From Roseibacillus sp. (lineage in GTDB: Bacteria > Verrucomicrobiota > Verrucomicrobiia > Verrucomicrobiales > Akkermansiaceae), in contig JBPOGI010000001.1 in the NCBI GenBank assembly GCA_051251855.1, positions 96,001-160,000 on the forward strand: 64,000 nucleotides of DNA. The letters are read 5' to 3'. Made by a program: the position numbers and the translations under genes. The notes beneath the pieces are model-generated. The model had not been told where the DNA came from, searched no databases, and saw only the letters and a program-made list of their open reading frames with translations. Shown here one piece after another: positions 8,710-16,701 of this stretch (its first letter is position 1; every line of letters begins with the position of its first letter).

Positions 8710-9702
8710 ATGAGTAAAAAAGTATTAATCGCCGGTGGCGGAGGATTTATTGGTGGCCATCTTGCGAAGAGCCACCTTGAACGCGGCAACCAGGTCGTCA
8801 TCGCTGACATCAAGCCCGTGAGCGAGTGGTATCAAGTCCATGAGAGTGCTGAGAACATTTCAGCTAATATGGAAGAAAAGGATTCCTGCTTTAAGGTGAT
8901 GGACGGTTGCGACCAAGTCTACAACCTAGCCTGCAACATGGGCGGAATGGGCTTCATTGAGAACAATCGCAGTCTTTGTATGCTGAGTGTTCTTATTAAT
9001 ACTCATATGTTGATGGCTGCAAAGGAGCAGGGCGTGAAGGATTATTTCTACAGCTCCAGCGCGTGTATTTATCCAGACTTTAAGCAGACAGATGCTGAAG
9101 TCGTAGCTTTGAAAGAAGAGGACGCCTACCCAGCGATGCCTGAGAATGGTTACGGTTGGGAGAAGCTCTTCTCGGAGCGGCTTTGTAAAAACTTTGAAGA
9201 AGATTTCGAGTTCATCTCTAAGGTCTACCGCTTCCACAACGTTTATGGACCCTTCGGAACTTGGGATGGCGGCCGCGAAAAAGCACCAGCGGCTATGTGC
9301 CGCAAAGTCATCGAGTGCATCGACAAAGGTGAGCTTGAAATGGAGATCTGGGGTGACGGTGAGCAAACCCGTTCCTTTATGTATATCGACGACTGCGTCA
9401 CGGGTATCGACAAGCTCATGGCTTCTGATGTCACCGACCCACTGAACTTGGGACGTAGTGAGCTCGTTACGATTAATGGACTTCTCGACATCGTCGAAAA
9501 TATCGCCGGCGTCAAAGTGAAGCGGAACTACAACCTCGATGCACCCCAAGGTGTGCGCGGTCGTAATTCTGACAACACTGAGATTCAACAGAAGCTCGGC
9601 TGGGAGCCTGAGATTGACTTGGTCACTGGTATGGAGAAAACCTACCACTGGATCAAAGAACAATACGACCGCCGCAAAGCGGGCGAGGGTGTTGTCCAGT
9701 AA
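8710..9702 (+). CDS. GDP-mannose 3,5-epimerase-like extended SDR
   Basis: GGGGFIG; NLACNMGGMGFI; SSACIYP; YGWEK; RFHNVYGPFGTWDGGREKAPAA; GVRGRNSDN, closely resembling plant GME motifs. Confidence 0.8.
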   Translation: MSKKVLIAGGGGFIGGHLAKSHLERGNQVVIADIKPVSEWYQVHESAENISANMEEKDSCFKVMDGCDQVYNLACNMGGMGFIENNRSLCMLSVLINTHMLMAAKEQGVKDYFYSSSACIYPDFKQTDAEVVALKEEDAYPAMPENGYGWEKLFSERLCKNFEEDFEFISKVYRFHNVYGPFGTWDGGREKAPAAMCRKVIECIDKGELEMEIWGDGEQTRSFMYIDDCVTGIDKLMASDVTDPLNLGRSELVTINGLLDIVENIAGVKVKRNYNLDAPQGVRGRNSDNTEIQQKLGWEPEIDLVTGMEKTYHWIKEQYDRRKAGEGVVQ

Positions 9703-9750
9703 CGGTAATCGAGGGTGGGCTCCGGGTGCCCACTATCACTTCTTTACCTC

Positions 9751-9795
9751 TCTTCGCCCCGCTGAGTAAGTTTCAGAGGGGGGAAGATTTTTTTT
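9751..9795 (+). terminator. Intrinsic terminator-like hairpin inside the operon
   Basis: TCTTC-g-CCCC-g-CTGAG / TTCAG-a-GGGG-g-GAAGA stem followed by T8. Confidence 0.7.
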
Positions 9796-9818
9796 CGCTC
9801 AACATAGAGCGATTTTTT
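9795..9818 (+). terminator. Second tandem terminator-like hairpin
   Basis: TCGCTC-aacata-GAGCGA followed by T6. Confidence 0.65.
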
Positions 9819-9921
9819 GCTGGTACCTAATGGTCCTTTTTAGAGTGGGTGAGTAGGTTGCTTACTCTCTCAGATTTTAGTTTGCCGGCTTTCTTTCTGT
9901 TAGCCACTTTTCTTACGCAAT

Positions 9922-10743
9922 ATGAGTCGCCCTAAGCTTCCAACCCTTGCCGAGGGGCGTTCGAACGTCCTAGGTGTTGGCATTACTCCACTGAATCTAG
10001 AACTCGCTCAGGAAGCTCTTTTTGTGGGTGCCGATTGCGCTGGTTTTACTGGGTATGTGACCATAACCGGCGTGCATGGGGTCATAGAATCTCAGTCCGA
10101 TGAGGAATTGCAAAAAATCCACAACCGTTCCTTCCTGTCCACTCCCGATGGAATGCCTATGGTTTGGATGGGCCGTTGGAACGGATTCGAGCACATGGAT
10201 CGCGTTTATGGCCCGGAGCTCATGCTCAATGTTTTCACCGCTACTCAAGAAACCGAGCATCGGCACTTTTTCTTCGGTGGCGCCGATGGGGTGGCTCAGG
10301 AATTGAAAGAGAAGCTCGAAGAGCGCTTTCCCGGGGCTATTGTTTCAGGGACCTACACACCACCCTTTCGCTCTCTCACCGAGGAGGAAGAACTCGAACT
10401 TGTCAAACAACTCCAAGAGGCACGGCCTCACTTTTTTTGGGTAGGTCTGAGCACTCCCAAACAAGAGCGTTTCATGGCTCACTTTTTAGAAAAGTATGGA
10501 GACCGCTTTCAAGGTTGGGATCACGGACTGATCATGTTGGGAGTAGGGGCCGCCTTTGACTTTCATTCTGGAAAGATAGACCAAGCTCCGCGCTGGATTC
10601 AGCGCAGTGGCTTCGAATGGCTCTTTCGCGTTTGCAAAGATCCGAAACGGCTCTGGAAAAGATACGCTATAGGTAACAGCCTTTTCATCTCTAAGATCAT
10701 TCCAGCAATGATGGAAATCACCAAGTATCAGCTCAAACGCTGA
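9922..10743 (+). CDS. WecB/TagA/CpsF-family glycosyltransferase (GT26)
   Basis: TPDGMPMVW, RVYGPELM, PPFR, WVGLSTPKQE, GVGAAFDF, APRWIQRSGFEWLFR..DPKRLWKRY. Confidence 0.92.
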   Translation: MSRPKLPTLAEGRSNVLGVGITPLNLELAQEALFVGADCAGFTGYVTITGVHGVIESQSDEELQKIHNRSFLSTPDGMPMVWMGRWNGFEHMDRVYGPELMLNVFTATQETEHRHFFFGGADGVAQELKEKLEERFPGAIVSGTYTPPFRSLTEEEELELVKQLQEARPHFFWVGLSTPKQERFMAHFLEKYGDRFQGWDHGLIMLGVGAAFDFHSGKIDQAPRWIQRSGFEWLFRVCKDPKRLWKRYAIGNSLFISKIIPAMMEITKYQLKR

Positions 10744-10758
10744 GCAACCGGTTCCTTT

Positions 10759-11340
10759 ATGGTTGAAAATATCCATCCCGACTTTGACCGCTTCGTCTCT
10801 CGCGAAGAGAAAGAGTCCTGTTTGGGTCAAAAAGGAGCTGTGCTCTGGCTCTACGGTATGTCGGGTTCAGGTAAGTCTACCATCGCCACTCAAGTGGAAC
10901 GACAGCTCTGCTCTCAAGGTCGTTTCTCGGTCGTGCTCGATGGCGATAACCTCCGCAGCGGACTTAATAATGACCTCGGATTTACTGAGGAAGCTCGTCA
11001 TGAGAACGTTCGCCGCACCGCCGAGGTCGCCAAGCTCTTCGCCTCCCAAGGGGTCATCACACTCGTTTCCGTGATTACTCCTCTTCGCAAATTTCGTGAA
11101 ATAGCCCGCGAGATCATTGGTGAAGACTTCAACGAAATCTACATCAAAGCTGATTACGAAACCTGCGCCAAACGAGACCCGAAAGGCCTCTATGCCAAGG
11201 TAGCGGAGGGCAAAGTTGCCAATTTCACGGGTAAAGATAGCGGCTTCGAAGAGCCAGAAAAAGCCGAACTCATTTTAGATACCCAAACCAACAATCCTAA
11301 GGAAAGTGCGGCTCAAATTTTAGCCCTCCTTACTGATTAA
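10759..11340 (+). CDS. cysC: Adenylyl-sulfate kinase
   Basis: GMSGSGKST, LDGDNLR, RDPKGLY, FTGKDSGFEEP. Confidence 0.95.
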   Translation: MVENIHPDFDRFVSREEKESCLGQKGAVLWLYGMSGSGKSTIATQVERQLCSQGRFSVVLDGDNLRSGLNNDLGFTEEARHENVRRTAEVAKLFASQGVITLVSVITPLRKFREIAREIIGEDFNEIYIKADYETCAKRDPKGLYAKVAEGKVANFTGKDSGFEEPEKAELILDTQTNNPKESAAQILALLTD

Positions 11341-11357
11341 AAAAAACCAGAAAAACG

Positions 11358-12263
11358 ATGCCTGATTATTCACTCAGTCACTTAGACCAACTCGAAGCGG
11401 AAGCGATCTACATTCTCCGCGAAACAGCTGCCCAGTTTGAGAATCCCGCCCTTCTTTTTTCGGGAGGAAAGGATTCCATCGTGATGGCTCACCTCGCCGC
11501 AAAGGCCTTCTGGCCTTCTCGACTTCCATTCCCTTTGGTGCATGTAGACACCGGACACAACTTTGCCGAGACTATGGTTTACCGCGACGAATTTGTGGAA
11601 AAGATTAGGGCCCGCCTCGTGGTTGGTTCCGTGCAAGAGTCCATCGACAAAAGTCGCGTGGTGGAAGAAAAAGGGGCGAATGCTTCTCGGAACCGCGCCC
11701 AAATCATCACCCTCCTCGATACTATCGAAGAGCATAAATTCGACGCCGCCCTCGGGGGAGGGCGGCGTGATGAAGAGAAAGCACGCGCCAAAGAACGTTT
11801 CTTTTCCCACCGAGACGACTTTGGTCAATGGGACCCCAAGAATCAGCGCCCAGAACTTTGGAATCTTTTTAACGGCCGCATGCACCAAGGGGAAAACTTC
11901 CGCGTCTTTCCTCTCTCCAATTTTACCGAGATGGACATCTGGATGTATATGAAGAAAGAGGGGATTGTGCTTCCCAGTCTATACTACGCCCACGAGCGGG
12001 ACTGTGTAATTCGTAATGGCACCATTCTCGCCGTCTCCGAGTTCGTGCAACCACGCGACGGGGAGGAAGTCAAAAATATGCGTATTCGTTTTCGGACGAT
12101 GGGGGACGCCACCATCACCGGAGCAGTCGAATCCGATGCGGACACCATCGATAAGATCATCGATGAAGTAGCGGCGGCTCGGCATACCGAGCGCGGAAAC
12201 CGTGCTGACGACAAGCGCTCTGAAACCGCAATGGAAGACCGCAAGAAGGAAGGCTACTTTTAG
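11358..12263 (+). CDS. cysD: Sulfate adenylyltransferase subunit 2
   Basis: FSGGKDS, HVDTGHNF, GGGRRDEEKARAKER, WDPKNQRPELW, MEDRKKEGYF. Confidence 0.97.
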   Translation: MPDYSLSHLDQLEAEAIYILRETAAQFENPALLFSGGKDSIVMAHLAAKAFWPSRLPFPLVHVDTGHNFAETMVYRDEFVEKIRARLVVGSVQESIDKSRVVEEKGANASRNRAQIITLLDTIEEHKFDAALGGGRRDEEKARAKERFFSHRDDFGQWDPKNQRPELWNLFNGRMHQGENFRVFPLSNFTEMDIWMYMKKEGIVLPSLYYAHERDCVIRNGTILAVSEFVQPRDGEEVKNMRIRFRTMGDATITGAVESDADTIDKIIDEVAAARHTERGNRADDKRSETAMEDRKKEGYF

Positions 12264-12363
12264 GTCCTACAACTGGCCAACAAGCTCAATTTTCTAGTCC
12301 CTATTTAAAGTCCTTCCAAGGTTTTCCGTCCCTATCTATCGCAAGCCCATCATCCCATAAGTC

Positions 12364-12900
12364 ATGCGCGAACCTCTCAATAAGATCCGTCTTCTAGAGT
12401 TGATGAGTGCCTTGGGGCAAAAGCTCAATAGTCCCGGTCGGATTTATGTGACAGGAGGAGCGACTGCCTTGCTTCATGGTTGGAGGGAGATGACGATAGA
12501 TTTAGACCTCAAAGCCGAACCGGAACCCCCACGCTTCTACGAGGTGATTGCGGAGCTGAAAAATAGCCTGCAAGCAAATCTTGAGCTGGCCTCACCCGAT
12601 CAATTTCTCCCTCCTTTGCCTGGCTGGGAATCTCGTTCTCTTTACCACGACCAGTTTGGTAAGACCGACTTCTATCACTATGATCCTTACGGGCAGGTTC
12701 TCTCAAAAATTGAGCGCAACCACACCCGCGATCAGCACGATGTGCAGTGCTTTCTCAGGGATGGCCTCGTCGAATTGGGGCGTCTGAAAGAGCTCTTTCT
12801 GGAAGTGAAATCGGATTGCATTCGCTACCCTGCCATCGATGCCGAAGACCTTGAAAACCGCCTGAACGACCTCATCGCAAACTCGAGATCTCAATCCTAA
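12364..12900 (+). CDS. Pol-beta-like nucleotidyltransferase (DUF6036/AbiEii-like)
   Basis: IYVTGGATALLHGWREMTIDLDL (GG...TxDxD motif) and C-terminal SKIERNHTRDQHD (K..R...D..D motif). Confidence 0.75.
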   Translation: MREPLNKIRLLELMSALGQKLNSPGRIYVTGGATALLHGWREMTIDLDLKAEPEPPRFYEVIAELKNSLQANLELASPDQFLPPLPGWESRSLYHDQFGKTDFYHYDPYGQVLSKIERNHTRDQHDVQCFLRDGLVELGRLKELFLEVKSDCIRYPAIDAEDLENRLNDLIANSRSQS

Positions 12901-13196
12901 TGACTTGGCACCATCTTCCCGGGGGGGACTTAATCATCCAAGGACTTAGTGATCTCAAGGAGAATAGAGTCACCATTGCAAGCTGCCTCGTCAAGATTGC
13001 CAGCCCTCAACTCGTTCGGGCTAAGGTCCTAGAAAAAGAGGATCGAGCTATTGACACCGAACTGGTTCTTTACCGCCTTCTTCAAGAAACGGAATCCAAT
13101 CCTTACTCAGCCTATGGGAGTTACCTGCGGACTCTCTGCAGTTTCGAACAAGCCCTTAAGCAAGCTAGGTCTTCAATCCGAATCACAAATAACTAA
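12900..13196 (+). CDS. Small hypothetical protein translationally coupled to the nucleotidyltransferase (candidate antitoxin/partner)
   Basis: 98 aa, predicted helical; TAATG stop/start overlap with the upstream gene. Confidence 0.65.
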   Translation: MTWHHLPGGDLIIQGLSDLKENRVTIASCLVKIASPQLVRAKVLEKEDRAIDTELVLYRLLQETESNPYSAYGSYLRTLCSFEQALKQARSSIRITNN

Positions 13197-13215
13197 TAAC
13201 GAATCACAATTCTCA
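13181..13215 (+). repeat. Degenerate heptamer tandem repeats
   Basis: AATCACA AATAACT AATAACG AATCACA ATTCTCA; CGAATCACAA is exact at 13179-13188 and 13200-13209. Confidence 0.6.
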
Positions 13216-14459
13216 TGGACCTTCTAAGATTCACCACCGCCGGTTCCGTTGACGACGGGAAGTCTACTCTCATTGGACGGCTTCTCTATGATTCTAAGAG
13301 TATTTTCGAAGATCAGCTCGAAGCGATCGAAGAAAGCTCGAAGAAAAAGGGCGATGAAAACGTCAACCTTGCTCTTCTTACTGATGGCCTCAAAGCCGAA
13401 CGAGAACAAGGGATTACCATCGACGTAGCCTACCGCTACTTTGCAACTCCCAAGCGTAAATTCATCATCGCTGATACCCCCGGGCACACTCAATACACTC
13501 GTAATATGGTGACGGGTGCCTCGACCGCAAACCTCGCGATCATTCTCATCGACGCGCGCAAAGGTATTATTGAGCAAACCAAGCGTCATTCCTTCATCGC
13601 TGACCTCCTTCGTATTCAGCACGTCGTTCTCGCCGTCAACAAGATGGACCTCGTTGACTACTCCGAAGAGCGCTTCAACGAGATTGTCAAAGAATATGAA
13701 TCCTTCGCGTCTCGTCTCGGCAACATCGTCGATATTGAGGCAATCCCAATTTCAGCTCTCAACGGCGACAACGTCGTGGATAAGTCCACCAACATGGACT
13801 GGTATCAGGGGCCTACTTTCCTCTACCACTTGGAGAACGTCTACATCGGAGGCGAAGAGAATCATGTCGCTCCTCGTTTTCCCGTTCAGTGGGTCATTCG
13901 CCCTCAGAGCGACGAGCACCATGACTTTCGCGGTTACGCAGGTCGGGTGGCTGGTGGAGTTTTCCGCCCCGGTGACGAAGTCAGCATCCTTCCTTCTGGA
14001 TTCAAGACTACAATCAAGTCCATTTACTGTGATAGCAAGGAGTTAACCGAAGCCTTCGCCCCCCAATCCGTTTGCATCACGCTGAACGACGAGATTGACA
14101 TTTCGCGTGGCGACATGATCGCAAAGCCCAACAATCAGCCTCAAGTCGCACAAGACGTCGAGGCTATGATCTGCTGGTTCTCAAATACCCCTATGCAGAC
14201 CCGTGGCAAATACCTCATCAAGCACACAAGCCATGAGACTCAGGCTGTTATCCGTGAGATGCGCTATCAAGTAGACGTCAATACTCTGCACAAAGTCGAA
14301 GACTCCGATAATCTAAAGCTCAATGAAATCGGCCGTGTTAGACTCCGCACTGCCGCCCCTCTCCTTCACGATGACTACCGTAATAATCGTTCAACTGGCT
14401 CTTTCATCCTTGTCGATCCCGGCACCAATGAGACAGTGGGGGCTGGAATGATTGTATGA
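13215..14459 (+). CDS. cysN: Sulfate adenylyltransferase subunit 1 (GTPase), not fused to CysC
   Basis: GSVDDGKST, EREQGITIDVAYRYF, DTPGH, NKMD, TGSFILVD..TNETVGAGMI. Confidence 0.97.
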   Translation: MDLLRFTTAGSVDDGKSTLIGRLLYDSKSIFEDQLEAIEESSKKKGDENVNLALLTDGLKAEREQGITIDVAYRYFATPKRKFIIADTPGHTQYTRNMVTGASTANLAIILIDARKGIIEQTKRHSFIADLLRIQHVVLAVNKMDLVDYSEERFNEIVKEYESFASRLGNIVDIEAIPISALNGDNVVDKSTNMDWYQGPTFLYHLENVYIGGEENHVAPRFPVQWVIRPQSDEHHDFRGYAGRVAGGVFRPGDEVSILPSGFKTTIKSIYCDSKELTEAFAPQSVCITLNDEIDISRGDMIAKPNNQPQVAQDVEAMICWFSNTPMQTRGKYLIKHTSHETQAVIREMRYQVDVNTLHKVEDSDNLKLNEIGRVRLRTAAPLLHDDYRNNRSTGSFILVDPGTNETVGAGMIV

Positions 14460-14587
14460 GCTTGAGAACGTGGAACCGCTCAGCCCGTATGCCATTGTCG
14501 GCTCAACAGCAGCCTGATTCTGAAAGTCATTTTAGTGACTTATTATAGTTAAAAATAGTTTCGACCAGACTTCACAATCCATTTGCA

Positions 14588-16561
14588 ATGAATAAGAAAT
14601 ATCTTTTTCGGTTCGCCGCCGTTTTCGTGCTGACTCTTTTAGCAGTGGCCCTTGATAGAGTCCTTCAAGTGTCTCCAGTAATGACTTCACAGAGTGCACG
14701 GCGTTTTTCTGTAGGAGAGACTGTGGGCATTGCGGCGACTGTCAGTATTGCATTTGTAATTCTACGGTTACTATCAATTCCGCTACTAAGAGGAAGAAAA
14801 TCAGGTCTGAATAGAGTCTGTAGCGAAGTTCTGGTTGTTGTGGCTAGTTTGCTTTTTACTGCGATTTTTCTTTTTTACACTGCGTTGCTCCCGATGGATC
14901 CTAATGTCTTTGTCGTAGGTGTTCTCTTAACTCCTTTGGTAGGGCTTCTTGAACTCGTCCAAGAGAAGAGAGAAGAGCGGTGGAAGCTGAGTTTTAAGGC
15001 TAGAGATCTGTCGACTGTTCTATTTTTTGTACTGTTACCTGCAATTTTTGGAGGGGTGCTTTTGGTCTCAGCTAAGAGATACAAGAAGGATCCAAACTTC
15101 ATGGAAGCGGTGAATCGATTCCAAGGCTTTTTTCAATTCAATGATGGTGCCTATGTTCTTGAGCGAATATTCAAGAGCGAGTTTGTTCAAAGCATCGATT
15201 TCGACCAAGATAAGATCGGAAATTACTATGTGCTGGAGCGAGCAGGAAGGGTGTATCGTGTAGAAACCCCTGAGTCAGAGCCTGAGTTGCTTGTCGATTT
15301 TAGACAGCTTGTGGGAAAAAGGCCCGTGTCAGAGTATGGGGCTTACAGCATTTTGCTGAGCAAGAATGGGACGAGTTTTTTCGTTTGGACTACTTCGCGT
15401 CGCCCAGAAGAGAATTTTAATGTTCTTTGGGAGTTTCCTCTGGCGGCCTCTTCAACTCAAGATCGTTTGGAAAAGAGAAGGACGGTTCTGAGGATCGAAA
15501 GTGAAAACTCGGTTCACAACAGTGGTGCGCTTGTCTATGATGATGAAGGCTATTTGATGATTGGAATTGGGGAAATGGGAAGTGATGATGCGCCTCAATC
15601 ACCAATTTCTACCCTTTTCGGAACAATTCTCCGAATTGATCCAGACAAGATAGGTGGCGATTTTTCGCGTCTTCCAGCGAAGAATCTCTCATCTACGATC
15701 CAACGGGATTATTTCGTTCCGCATCAGCAGCCTATTTTGCGAAGCGATCTAGCTGAAGAGGTCTGGGCATACGGGCTTCGCAATCCTTTTCGAATTCATT
15801 GGGACTCAGAAAGAGGCGGCTTGTGGATTAGCGATATTGGGCTTTGGAATTGGGAGGAGCTGAACTTTGCAAAAGGAGGGGAAAACTTTGGGTGGCCGAT
15901 ATGGGAAGCGGAAGAGCCTCATAAGGCAGAAGAAGGTGACAAAGAAGTTGAGGTTGTCTTCCCACATTTTGCGTATCCGCACAGCGCGCGAGACCGCGCG
16001 ATCGCAGGAGGTTTTGTTTATCAAGGAAAAGAGAAGAGCCTCAAAGGTAAGTTGTTAGTGGGTGATAATTGCTCTGGTCGCATTTGGACGCTGACGGAGA
16101 CAAATGGCGAGCTCGGTCTTCTAGCGACTGCCGAGAACTTTAATCAGACGGGAATGACAGCGATGAAGACGAACCTTGAAGGTGAACTGGTGGTAATGAT
16201 CATGGGCAGTTGGGACAAGCCCTCGGGTAATCTTTTTCGATTGGTTCCTTCGAAAGGGAAGCCATCCGTAGTCGAGGAACCTGCCAAAAAGCAGGGTGCA
16301 GCAGAGCTCTATGCTACCCACTGCGCACTATGTCATGGTAGCGCTGGCAACGGAAAGGGAATGGTGGCATTGGAGTCGAATATCCCGATGCCTGATTTCA
16401 CGAGTCGAGAATGGAAAGAAAGGAATCCTGAGGAGATGAAGGCAATAATACGACAGGGCGGTGCTGCTTTGGGCAAGAATGCGATTATGCCTGCATGGAA
16501 TGAGGTGCTTTCTGAGCAACAAATAGATGAAATAGTTCTTTATCTCTATGGTTTGGAGTAG
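14588..16561 (+). CDS. Membrane-anchored glucose/sorbosone (PQQ-type) dehydrogenase-like propeller fused to C-terminal cytochrome c
   Basis: About 5 N-terminal TM segments; HNSG, GTILRIDPD, WAYGLRNPFR, DIG...WEELN, GENFGWP motifs; CALCH heme motif with distal Met (AIMPAW). Confidence 0.8.
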   Translation: MNKKYLFRFAAVFVLTLLAVALDRVLQVSPVMTSQSARRFSVGETVGIAATVSIAFVILRLLSIPLLRGRKSGLNRVCSEVLVVVASLLFTAIFLFYTALLPMDPNVFVVGVLLTPLVGLLELVQEKREERWKLSFKARDLSTVLFFVLLPAIFGGVLLVSAKRYKKDPNFMEAVNRFQGFFQFNDGAYVLERIFKSEFVQSIDFDQDKIGNYYVLERAGRVYRVETPESEPELLVDFRQLVGKRPVSEYGAYSILLSKNGTSFFVWTTSRRPEENFNVLWEFPLAASSTQDRLEKRRTVLRIESENSVHNSGALVYDDEGYLMIGIGEMGSDDAPQSPISTLFGTILRIDPDKIGGDFSRLPAKNLSSTIQRDYFVPHQQPILRSDLAEEVWAYGLRNPFRIHWDSERGGLWISDIGLWNWEELNFAKGGENFGWPIWEAEEPHKAEEGDKEVEVVFPHFAYPHSARDRAIAGGFVYQGKEKSLKGKLLVGDNCSGRIWTLTETNGELGLLATAENFNQTGMTAMKTNLEGELVVMIMGSWDKPSGNLFRLVPSKGKPSVVEEPAKKQGAAELYATHCALCHGSAGNGKGMVALESNIPMPDFTSREWKERNPEEMKAIIRQGGAALGKNAIMPAWNEVLSEQQIDEIVLYLYGLE

Positions 16562-16701
16562 GTGTTGCAACGGGCCATTATTTTGTAATAATGAACATTT
16601 TAGTCACCAAGAATTAGGTTCTATGCGAGTTGAAAGTGGATGTTTCCTGATGCTCTGGGTAAATATTGAGCAAGCCGTACGATGTCTAAGCTAGAGCAGA
16701 A

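Noticed and set aside
8926..9663. 245-aa minus-strand ORF (similarly 2522-3181, 52009-52743, 62676-63386)
   Set aside because: Antisense to conserved genes; explained by codon bias, no recognisable domains
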